DNA of 64,000 nucleotides from Tannerellaceae bacterium (GTDB taxonomy: Bacteria; Bacteroidota; Bacteroidia; Bacteroidales; Tannerellaceae): the NCBI GenBank assembly GCA_031288515.1, contig JAITRG010000066.1, positions 184-64,183 of the forward strand, given 5' to 3'. Positions 38,331-46,790 of the stretch are shown in pieces. The notes below the pieces were generated by a model that worked only from the letters and a program-made list of their open reading frames with translations, was not told the DNA's origin and made no database searches. The position numbers were made by a program, and so were the translations under genes. The first letter of the stretch is position 1, and every line of letters begins with the position of its first letter.

Positions 38331-39560
38331 AGTTATTGAATTTCATTGCTGTCCCGTTAAAACCACAAATAGTTTTTTATATATTTGAAATGCAGTTAGT
38401 TACAGATGTTTTTCGATTAAACAGGTTCCAGTTTTCACCTTTGCTGTTCTTAAGAGGACGTCCAAAAAATTTTAAAACTCATTTGAAAGACCTCTTCAAC
38501 AAAACTAATTTTTAATATAACAAAGAACGATGTGAACCTAATGAACCAAGTTTATTTAATTATTCTTTAATACTCCCTTTTAACAGAGCACTAATGATTG
38601 AATTTAATTTATTAACTGTTCGAAAACTATATGTGTTGTTTCCGGATTGATAGTGTTTGTATCACTTTGCATTACCTTTTGTTTCCTTAAAGCAGAAGCT
38701 CTTGAACATGACAAACTCCATATATTTCTTTCGCTTGCAACGTTCTCTGATATTTCTGGAAGATTCCTGCAAGGGTTCAATAATGATTCTTATTAATATT
38801 TCCACCATAATAGCATTTTTTTAACGAGCACAGTTTATTTTTTAGTAGTATTTGCAAGCAGTTATTTTTGATCTATTTTATTTTGTTTAATCAATAAGTC
38901 GTACGTGATTATCGCATCTACAAAATTATTGAAATTTATTGTATTGCAGACGATTTTAGCAAAAAAATGAGCATGAGATCAAAAAAATCAATTACAGAGT
39001 ATGTAAGTAAGGAAAGAAGCGCAATCGATCCGGTAGCCTACCTGATAACGGGATGATCACAATCACTATTTGCTTTCATCTCGGGACTCTACACAATTTT
39101 AAACATTACTATTTGTTTTACGCTCGCTATCACCTGAGTAAAGAATTTCCGACAATTATTTATGACTATTGCTAAGAGTAGATTTGAACGCCAGCCTTTT
39201 TCTTTGCTTTGATATTCTGGTAAGTAAAGCCAAAACTCACCTTATTGGCAGTTGAAGGTACTGCAATCTTTATAGTTTGGCATTTCTCCGTTTTGCGAAG
39301 CGTCGATATAGGTTAGCTTGAAAAAGGCTGGCTGGAGTGAAGCTGTTACGTAAGAAGGATAAAAAGCAGGGTGGCTCATTAAACGAACGTTTAATGACAA
39401 ATAATTCCCTTGGCTACCTGCATAATCCTTTCCAATCGGCGTCCCCGGATTCATTCCCCAGTATAAAAAACAACCTTTTCAAGGTGCCGGACAAGGATGC
39501 TGGCACGCCTGCACCTCCCGTTCTTTAATGAACTACTTAAAAAACAAATAGTATGCGACA

Positions 39561-39898
39561 ATGAAGAAAACAGTATTTACTCCTATATATGGTTACACTG
39601 CTTTGTTCTTGCATTAAGAACAGCGAGGCATTGCTTGAAGACACTCCGGTGGAGGTTGCTTTTGTTGGTAATTCCCTTGGGAGAAGTGATCTGGGGATAC
39701 CCGCGCCACGGACGCTACATAGACGGATGGGGGATGAGATGGGCATTTATATATATGCTCCCCGCCAGCGTGACCGCTTTGAATAATACCTATAAGTACA
39801 TGGTTACTTCTGCTACTGGTACCACGAGCCCGTACGATAATGCCAATACCCTTTATTATCATATTGATGGAATGGGGTTCGATTTGTGGCCTACTATC
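39561..39898 (+). pseudogene. Frameshifted fimbrillin-family lipoprotein remnant
   Basis: Across frames: lipobox LLCSC, GDEMGIYMLPA, YKY.VTS..G, NTLYY..DG..FDLW; truncated by an IS982 end. Confidence 0.55.
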
Positions 39899-39948
39899 TG
39901 TGCTTTTGATAAATTGTACAAACTATAAATAGCAACTTGAATTAATTA
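39899..39948 (+). mobile_element. IS982 3'-end remnant, inverted relative to the copy at 26664
   Basis: CTTTTGATAAATTGTACAAACTATAAATAGCAACTTGAATTAATTA is the near-identical reverse complement of 26667-26710 and encodes the same ..FDKLYKL* end. Confidence 0.85.
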
Positions 39949-39968
39949 TTCCGCCCTACCAAAAAGAA

Positions 39969-40009
39969 AATGCACCGAAACTACTAATAATAAAGAGTTT
40001 CGGGGCATT
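39969..40009 (-). terminator. Displaced original tRNA-Cys terminator
   Basis: AATGCACCGAAACT...AGTTTCGGGGCATT hairpin with an A run on + (U tract on -), adjacent to the att copy. Confidence 0.6.
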
Positions 40010-40025
40010 GTTGAGGTTCCTGGCG
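40008..40025. repeat. att site, distal copy (18 bp)
   Basis: TTGTTGAGGTTCCTGGCG is identical to 46398-46415, which overlaps the tRNA-Cys 3' end. Confidence 0.92.
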
Positions 40026-40202
40026 AACCTCTTTTTCTTTATTTTACTTATCTATTCAATAAAAGTTGTATTGCATAATAATCTGATTATTAGAGTGTTT
40101 TTTATTTATCAGAGAAAATAAAATTAAACGAGATAAAAAATTGTAGTACCATTGTAGTACCAAATAAAAAGAACCTCTATCTTTGTAGTACCAATCAAAA
40201 CA

Positions 40203-41537
40203 ATGAAAAGTATGTCAGCTACATTTATTTTGAGAACAGATAAAAACGAAGGATATGCGACCTTATACGCTCGCATCCAAAACAGAGTACCTAAAATCAA
40301 TATCAGGGTATCTACGGGTTTAGAGGTCGATATAAAGGAGTGGAATAAGTCTTTGACCGGCGCAAAAGCATTAACAGTATTCAGGAACGGTAAAGGAAAA
40401 GAATTGTTTGTTAAGCTGGATGCCATTTCCTCAATGATTGACGCTTTTATAAAAAATGGCGTAATAATTACTTCCGAGATGGCAAAAGTCCGAGTACATG
40501 AAATTGTGTATGCCGAACAGATTGCAGCGGAAAAAGAACGTGTTGAGGCTGAGGCCAAAGCCTTGGAAGAAGAACAGGCTACCAACTTTAACGATTTTAT
40601 TACTCAATTCATACATGAATGTGAAAGTGGTAAGCGAAAGAAGAAAGGAGGTACTACCAATGTATCACCTGGAACAGTAAAAAGCTATAAAGGCTTTCAG
40701 GCCCAATTCAAAGCATATCAAGAGATAAGACTTAGAGTTATTGACTTTTCAGACTTGACGGTAAATTTTTATAATGACTTCCGATTATTCCTGACTGATA
40801 AAAGATACTCCCCGAACACTATTGCTCGAATGGTGAAGGTATGCAAGACAGTATGTTATGCAGCCGAACAACTAAAGTTAATGGATGCCGGTAATGTCCG
40901 TGCCGGATTTGATGTTATTTATAAAGATGTTGATAATGTCTATCTAACAGAGGAACGCATACAGGAACTTTACGAGTACAATTTATCCAACCGTCCTGCA
41001 TGGGAAAAGGTGAAAGATGTGTTTATAGTTGGCTGCCTAACCGGACAACGCGTTAGTGATTACAAGCGTATCAATTCAAATATGATTATTACCCTGACTG
41101 ATGGGAACCGCTATATCAAACTAAAGCAGGAGAAGACAGAAAACATAGTCTATATTCCTTTGGATTATCGTATAGAGGCTATTCTTGATAAATACGACGG
41201 AGAGTTGCCAAAGGTTTACGATCAGAAGATAAACGACCACATAAAAGAGATTGGCGAGGATTTGGGATGGACTGAAATAATAGAATTTGACGAACAACGG
41301 GGAGTAATGGCGTACACCGCAAGAAAGCGTTTCTGTGACCTGTTGAAAACCCATACATGCAGGAGATCTCTCGCAACAAACATGTATAAAACCGGTGCTT
41401 CGCTGAGTTCTATCATGGCCATAACCGGACATGGTTCGGAGCAGCAATTAAAAACATATCTCAAACTGAACGAATCAGAGAAAAGCATGTTGGCGGCGAA
41501 AGAGAGTTATTTCACGAAATTAAGGACAGTAAAATAA
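40203..41537 (+). CDS. Tyrosine recombinase/integrase
   Basis: Catalytic GQRVSD, KQEKT, HTCRRS, ITGH, TYLK; SAM-like domain YSPNTIAR. Confidence 0.95.
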   Translation: MKSMSATFILRTDKNEGYATLYARIQNRVPKINIRVSTGLEVDIKEWNKSLTGAKALTVFRNGKGKELFVKLDAISSMIDAFIKNGVIITSEMAKVRVHEIVYAEQIAAEKERVEAEAKALEEEQATNFNDFITQFIHECESGKRKKKGGTTNVSPGTVKSYKGFQAQFKAYQEIRLRVIDFSDLTVNFYNDFRLFLTDKRYSPNTIARMVKVCKTVCYAAEQLKLMDAGNVRAGFDVIYKDVDNVYLTEERIQELYEYNLSNRPAWEKVKDVFIVGCLTGQRVSDYKRINSNMIITLTDGNRYIKLKQEKTENIVYIPLDYRIEAILDKYDGELPKVYDQKINDHIKEIGEDLGWTEIIEFDEQRGVMAYTARKRFCDLLKTHTCRRSLATNMYKTGASLSSIMAITGHGSEQQLKTYLKLNESEKSMLAAKESYFTKLRTVK

Positions 41538-41546
41538 TAACCAGTT

Positions 41547-42437
41547 ATGAATGAGTTTAAAGAATTTATTGATGCAATTCCTACCTATAAATACCATCCT
41601 TTTAAAGGATATGCTTGGACTGACGAAACATTGACTAACCCCGTGATGGATGAGTTGCAAGCTAAGTTTAAAACATGTTTGTGTAAGTTTGAAGAATACA
41701 TTTTTTCACTTGATAAAAATGATAGGACAACAATAATAGAAAAAACAATTATAGAATTAATTGAAGCGGCATTGAGAGCAGAATGGTATAGGTTAACCCA
41801 TGAAGAAACTTCTACTGCTGATGAAAAGTTTTCAGGAGATATACTTGAAATGACACTACATAATGGGATCAAACATTTAATGATCTCAATGAAAGAGCTA
41901 AAAATAGCATACTCTACAGATTTTGTAAGCCGGCTAAATAATATAGCCAATAGCGAAGTAGAATATCGCTCTAAGCTGTTTTGGTTAAAGGCTGGAAGGA
42001 ACCTTACGAAAAAACCAATCCTTCTTTCATATCGCTATAAGCTGTTTTGGTTAAATGCTATATTGAGGATTATATTCCGTGAAAAGACGTCATCTCAATC
42101 CAATAGTGATAATATCAGTTTTGACAGTACCATTATAGATAAGGTTTATAATGAATGTAATGGTAAGTTATGGGTAAGCATTGAGAAAGATGCTTTCATA
42201 TCAATGCTAAACACTGGAATCCTGACAATTCAAATCAGGAAAGGTAATAAACAACGCGTCATCGCTCTATTTAATCGTTTAGGTATGCTGATAGAAAATA
42301 AAACTCAATGGGTGAAAACAGTAGAACAGTCTTTAGGTGTTGGTATTAGACTAAATAGGGTTCTAAAATTAGATGAAATCAATAGTGATCAAAACAAAGA
42401 ATTTAATCGCTTTTTAGACGGAATATATTCATTATAA
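41547..42437 (+). CDS. Hypothetical cargo protein
   Basis: 296-aa AT-rich ORF directly after the integrase; no motif recognised. Confidence 0.6.
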   Translation: MNEFKEFIDAIPTYKYHPFKGYAWTDETLTNPVMDELQAKFKTCLCKFEEYIFSLDKNDRTTIIEKTIIELIEAALRAEWYRLTHEETSTADEKFSGDILEMTLHNGIKHLMISMKELKIAYSTDFVSRLNNIANSEVEYRSKLFWLKAGRNLTKKPILLSYRYKLFWLNAILRIIFREKTSSQSNSDNISFDSTIIDKVYNECNGKLWVSIEKDAFISMLNTGILTIQIRKGNKQRVIALFNRLGMLIENKTQWVKTVEQSLGVGIRLNRVLKLDEINSDQNKEFNRFLDGIYSL

Positions 42438-42502
42438 TATATCAGGCAACTTTGCCTGACTTTGCCTGATAAAATAATTCATAACGCATTGATATTCAGA
42501 TA

Positions 42503-42510
42503 TATCTTTG
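42503..42510 (+). promoter_or_regulatory. -7 promoter box for the xis/replication operon, flanked by (ACT)TTGCCYGA repeats
   Basis: TATCTTTG; repeats at about 42448-42470 and 42526-42553. Confidence 0.45.
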
Positions 42511-42621
42511 CGTTATTTTTTTGTGTTTGCCCGAATCGCCCGACTTTGCCCGATATAACTTTGCTGGTAAGAAGATAAGGAGGTGCGCACCCTGACTTCA
42601 TAATAATTTAAAAATCAAATT

Positions 42622-42924
42622 ATGGATAGATTAAAAGTAAACCAGCGAGACGTTATATTGGATTTCTTTTCTCCAATAATTGACACAATTGCAGATAAGG
42701 TAGTTGAAAGAGTATTGGGTGCAACATCCAATAAAGAGCCGAAATACTATACACGTAAGGAGGTAGCCGGAATACTACACATTACGTTACCTACGTTGTC
42801 TCGTTTGACAAATAACGGAGTATTGACATGTAAACGTATTGGTAGTCGAATATTATACGATGCTAATACTATTGATGATGCGATAAGGAGTAAAGTAATC
42901 TTTAAATACCGGAGGGCAAAGTAA
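42622..42924 (+). CDS. Excisionase-like HTH protein
   Basis: YYTRKEVAGILHITLPTLSR..GSRILYDANTI (HTH_17-like). Confidence 0.85.
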   Translation: MDRLKVNQRDVILDFFSPIIDTIADKVVERVLGATSNKEPKYYTRKEVAGILHITLPTLSRLTNNGVLTCKRIGSRILYDANTIDDAIRSKVIFKYRRAK

Positions 42925-43256
42925 TGAATAAAAGAAAAAAGGCAGCCTCATCGACTACCCATCCTCTTAATCAGTATGACAAAGATAATAGTTTCAGGTC
43001 ACAGTACCAAAGGGTTTATCAATCATTTAAGGAGCGCCCTAAAACGATGTTGGAAGTATCCATTGAGACCGGAATACTACGCGCTAATATTTGCCGGTAC
43101 ATTGCCGATATGGAAAATAAAGGCTTGATTCAGCGTCTTTATAAGGCAGAGGACGAACATACTAAGTGTACGGCAGGATATTATTCTACTGATGAAACTC
43201 TATTTACAAAACCTGATGTTTCACGATTAAATTTATTTGACGATGGAAGAATATGA
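42924..43256 (+). CDS. Small winged-HTH-like protein
   Basis: PKTMLEVSIETGILRANICRYI motif, common in Bacteroidetes integrative elements. Confidence 0.7.
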   Translation: MNKRKKAASSTTHPLNQYDKDNSFRSQYQRVYQSFKERPKTMLEVSIETGILRANICRYIADMENKGLIQRLYKAEDEHTKCTAGYYSTDETLFTKPDVSRLNLFDDGRI

Positions 43257-44778
43257 TCCATCAGGTCTTTTTGCAGCGGGCGGGAATAAGAGTACCGCCC
43301 CACAGCTAAGTATAAGCATGGATGAGATTAAAGCTCACATTGATAATTTAGTTGAGTGCTTGACTGCACCACCAGAACTCAAAAGCAAGGGTGAAATACT
43401 AACATCATTGATCGAACAGTGTACGCCGGTGGATTTTACAGCAAAGTTGTATCCAAACATACCAGCGGAAGCACGTGCCGAAATCAAAATGAAACGCCCC
43501 GAAATGAAAGTGCTTATCATTGATGAAATTTTACGGCTGGCAGAGGCTAATAATTGGTCTTTGTGCAAACAGGGCGGGTTTTGTTATCTTTATAATGGTG
43601 CATATTGGGAAACCCTGGCCGAGGACGATGTAAGACACTTCCTTTCCGATTGTGCGGAGAAATTGGGAACCAAACAGGTTCTGGCTAAAGAATATCAGTT
43701 TGTTGATGAACTTTATAAACAGTTTCTCTTTTCTGCACACTTGCAGCCGCCGGAATTTGAACCGAATAAGGTTTTAATCAATTTACAGAACGGAACGTTT
43801 GAGGTTACGACAGAACGGCAGGAGCTACGCCCATTCAATAGCACCGACTTTCTGACCTATCAATTGCCGTTCCGGTATGATGCCGGAGCAGCCGCCCCGA
43901 TATTCAAGAACTATCTCGACAGAGTTTTGCCCAACAAACAGATGCAGGCGGTTTTATCGGAGTATGCAGGATATTTGTTTATCCGGCACGGCAGCGGATT
44001 GAAGTTTGAAAAGTGCCTTATCCTTCACGGAAACGGCGCAAACGGCAAATCTGTTTTCTTTGAGGTATTGACGGCGTTGCTTGGACGTGAAAATGTGAGT
44101 ACATTCCCACTTTCCGACCTGACCGACAAAACAGGTTACTATCGTGCCGAAATAGCTAACAAACTTTTGAACTATGCAAGCGAGATCAGCAAGGAAATGA
44201 ATTGCGATCTGTTTAAGAAGTTGGCAAGCGGCGAACCATTTACGGCGCGAAGTCCATACGGACGACCTTTTGAGGTCAGGAACTACGCAAAGATGATTTT
44301 TAATGCTAATGAGCTGCCAAGGGATACGGAGCAGACAAACGCGTTCTTTCGCCGGTTTATTATCATTCCTTTTGATATTACCATCCCGCCGGAAGAGCAA
44401 GACAGAGAGTTGCACCGAAAAATCATTGAGGGCGAACTTGCAGGGATATTCAACTGGGTATTGGATGGATTGAAGCGGTTGTTATCAAACAAAAAGTTTA
44501 CCGTCTGTCTCGCAATAGACGAAACGTTGAAACGATACCGTGCCGAGAGCGACAGCGTACAAATGTTTATTGATGATAATAGTTATCAGACAAGTAACAA
44601 TGAACGTATGCTACTGAAAGAATTGTATTGGCAATACAAGGCTTTCTGTATGGATGATGGATACAGGGCTTGCAGTAACCGGACGTTTTCGGAAAGATTG
44701 CGGACGAAAGGGTTTGAGATAATAAAGAGCGGTGACAGGTATGTTTATATTAAAAGAATAAATGAGTGTCTCTACTAA
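43237..44778 (+). CDS. P4/D5-type SF3 helicase (phage/plasmid primase family)
   Basis: INLQNGTF, Walker A GNGANGKS, Walker B region LNYASE, KMIFNAN, FFRRFII. Confidence 0.9.
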   Translation: MTMEEYDPSGLFAAGGNKSTAPQLSISMDEIKAHIDNLVECLTAPPELKSKGEILTSLIEQCTPVDFTAKLYPNIPAEARAEIKMKRPEMKVLIIDEILRLAEANNWSLCKQGGFCYLYNGAYWETLAEDDVRHFLSDCAEKLGTKQVLAKEYQFVDELYKQFLFSAHLQPPEFEPNKVLINLQNGTFEVTTERQELRPFNSTDFLTYQLPFRYDAGAAAPIFKNYLDRVLPNKQMQAVLSEYAGYLFIRHGSGLKFEKCLILHGNGANGKSVFFEVLTALLGRENVSTFPLSDLTDKTGYYRAEIANKLLNYASEISKEMNCDLFKKLASGEPFTARSPYGRPFEVRNYAKMIFNANELPRDTEQTNAFFRRFIIIPFDITIPPEEQDRELHRKIIEGELAGIFNWVLDGLKRLLSNKKFTVCLAIDETLKRYRAESDSVQMFIDDNSYQTSNNERMLLKELYWQYKAFCMDDGYRACSNRTFSERLRTKGFEIIKSGDRYVYIKRINECLY

Positions 44779-44799
44779 AAAAAATATGTTTTAAATGAA

Positions 44800-44862
44800 C
44801 GCCCAAATCGTCCGTATCGTCCAAAACATAAAAGGAGTTGGACGTAACGGGCGAAATGGGCG
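44800..44862. promoter_or_regulatory. Putative replication origin with 3+3 inverted hexamer iterons
   Basis: CGCCCA-3-CGTCCG-3-CGTCCA, AT-rich centre, TGGACG-3-CGGGCG-3-TGGGCG. Confidence 0.55.
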
Positions 44863-44883
44863 CTGAAAACAAAACATTTTTTT

Positions 44884-46059
44884 TTGAAAAACCAGATGAG
44901 TATGGAATATCATAAATATAGTTTGTCCAAACGCGGGAAGCATCATTGTCCGGCGTGCGAGCATAAAACCTTTGTGTTGTACATTGACAACAGCACAGGT
45001 AATCCGTTACATTCCATCGTCGGCAAATGCGACCGCGCCGATAACTGCGGGCATCATTATCCCCCGAAGCAGTATTTCCAGGATAATAACATTCACTTTG
45101 ATACGACAAGGAACTTCACGCCGTACCGAAGGCCGGCCCCGACGCCTCAGCTCGCACCGTCTTACATTGACATTGATGTATTCAAAAGGTCATTGCAGGG
45201 ATACGGGGATAACAGGCTTGTTAAATACCTGTGCAGTGTGGTTGGCGTTGAGGCTGCAAATGAAGCCGTACATCACTATCTCATAGGTACGTCCAAACAT
45301 TGGGACGGTGCAACGCTATTCTGGCAGATAGACTGCTTTGGGCGCGTCCATACCGGAAAGATCATGCAGTATGACAGCCGGACAGGTAAGCGAGTGAAAG
45401 AACCTGTCAATAGAATATCATGGGTGCATACTGTTTTGAAGCTATCAAACTTCAATCTGTCTCAATGTTTGTTCGGGGAGCATCTTCTGAGTGGAAATAA
45501 TAATCCGGTTGCTATTGTCGAAAGTGAAAAGACGGCCATCATAGCAAGCTGTTATTTGCCTGCCTTTATTTGGCTTGCCTGCGGAGGCTGTGGGCACTTG
45601 TCCGCAAAGCTGTGTGAGCCGTTAAGAGGCCGGAATGTAGTATTGTTCCCTGATGCAGGAAAGTTAAGGGAATGGACAGAAAAGGCTAAGGCGCTACATG
45701 CTGTTTGCCACGTGTCTGTTTCGTCTTTGATAGAGGAAAAAGCGAGCGACGAAGAACGGAAAGCCGGATTTGATTTAGCGGATTACCTTGTGCGCTTCTC
45801 CCTTCCGGAGTTCACCGGCAAGCCTCAATCGGAAACAGACGGAACTCCCGTCGGAACCGGAACGGGAAAACGTCATCCATCCTATGTTTCCGATACCGGT
45901 ACGTTGTATATTCCTACCCCACCGGATAGACAAACAACCTATACCGTATATCCGAGCGTTGAGGCCTACAACAAACGATTAACAACCCCTGAAATCGTTT
46001 CAATGCGAAACGTGGATATTATCGGAATGAAACAAGTATTTATCAATCCTGATACTTGA
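44884..46059 (+). CDS. Zn-finger/Toprim primase-like protein (DUF6371-like)
   Basis: CPAC..GKCDR..NC zinc finger, TGKIMQY, AIVESEKTA, VLFPDAG. Confidence 0.8.
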   Translation: MKNQMSMEYHKYSLSKRGKHHCPACEHKTFVLYIDNSTGNPLHSIVGKCDRADNCGHHYPPKQYFQDNNIHFDTTRNFTPYRRPAPTPQLAPSYIDIDVFKRSLQGYGDNRLVKYLCSVVGVEAANEAVHHYLIGTSKHWDGATLFWQIDCFGRVHTGKIMQYDSRTGKRVKEPVNRISWVHTVLKLSNFNLSQCLFGEHLLSGNNNPVAIVESEKTAIIASCYLPAFIWLACGGCGHLSAKLCEPLRGRNVVLFPDAGKLREWTEKAKALHAVCHVSVSSLIEEKASDEERKAGFDLADYLVRFSLPEFTGKPQSETDGTPVGTGTGKRHPSYVSDTGTLYIPTPPDRQTTYTVYPSVEAYNKRLTTPEIVSMRNVDIIGMKQVFINPDT

Positions 46060-46367
46060 TAATAGGAAGTGAATAATACATCTAAAAGTGTGCACTTGCT
46101 ATACTTCGGTATGGGTAAGAATTTATCAAGAACAGCTCCCCCCTATACCTCCCCGCCCTGCTTTACACACACAGTATTTTTTAAAAAAGCCATTTTGCGG
46201 TAACTTTAACAGGATTAATATGCTTATTATTAGCATTGATGCAACTTCGTAGTAGGGTATGTAGCCCTTATTTGCCCGAATTATTAAATGTTAAATGTGA
46301 GATAAACAAATTAAAACAGCTGCGATTGTAGTACCAATGTAGTACCATTTTAGAATAAGAGCAAAGA

Positions 46368-46400
46368 AAAACCCTTTTAGAAGACTTCTAAAAGGGTTTG
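46368..46400 (-). terminator. Element-supplied terminator downstream of tRNA-Cys
   Basis: AAACCCTTTTAGAAG-A-CTTCTAAAAGGGTTT perfect inverted repeat. Confidence 0.65.
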
Positions 46401-46403
46401 TTG

Positions 46404-46474
46404 AGGTTCCTGGCGGACTCGAACCGCCGTAAACGGTTTTGCAGACCGGCGCCTAACCACTCGGCCAAGGAACC
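46404..46474 (-). tRNA. tRNA-Cys (GCA)
   Basis: Acceptor stem GGTTCCT/AGGAACC with U discriminator, anticodon arm GGTCT-GCA-AAACC, T arm GGTTCGAGTCC; CCA not encoded. Confidence 0.96.
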
Positions 46475-46528
46475 CTATCCTATTTCCATTGCGGTGGCAA
46501 AGGTATTATCTAAAATCTGATTTAGCAA

Positions 46529-46762
46529 CTAACCGCAGTGTTTTTTGTTCTTCTTCTTCAGGTTTTCGCTGCATTTTCGCTGCTTTTCGTCTGACATATG
46601 TTTCAGGCTGCACTTGCCGGAGCAATTCGCGCACGGATCATCGCCACGCTTTGCCGGCTTGAAGAAAGATAAAATACGCCGCCCGACTTCAAGGAAGCAA
46701 AGGAGCACGATGATCGCAACGGCCCATTCCTGTATTGTCGGCAACGTCATAACGGAAGTCAT
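46529..46762 (-). CDS. FeoB-associated Cys-rich small membrane protein
   Basis: One TM followed by PCANCSGKCSLK; directly downstream of feoB. Confidence 0.75.
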   Translation of the reverse strand: MTSVMTLPTIQEWAVAIIVLLCFLEVGRRILSFFKPAKRGDDPCANCSGKCSLKHMSDEKQRKCSENLKKKNKKHCG

Positions 46763-46790
46763 ATCAAAAGGGAGCAGCCGGCCATGGGGA

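Larger units (their letters stand above)
40008..46415 (+). mobile_element. 6.4-kb tRNA-Cys-integrated element (integrase, xis, SF3 helicase, primase)
   Basis: 18-bp att direct repeats, tyrosine integrase, TGTAGTACCA repeats at both ends, replication genes; no relaxase or virion genes seen. Confidence 0.9.

Noticed and set aside
38331-39240. Decayed genes or RNA in the AT-rich region upstream of the operon
   Set aside because: Only short frames under 65 codons with no recognisable motif, and no convincing promoter pair or structure.
39337-39528. ORF piece GGSLNERLMTNNSLGYLHNPFQ, possibly a SusD-like remnant
   Set aside because: Too short and degraded to assign without a search.
41963-42055. 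Two-repeat mini-CRISPR
   Set aside because: Only two repeats, in frame inside a long ORF, with no leader or cas genes; kept only as an internal repeat.
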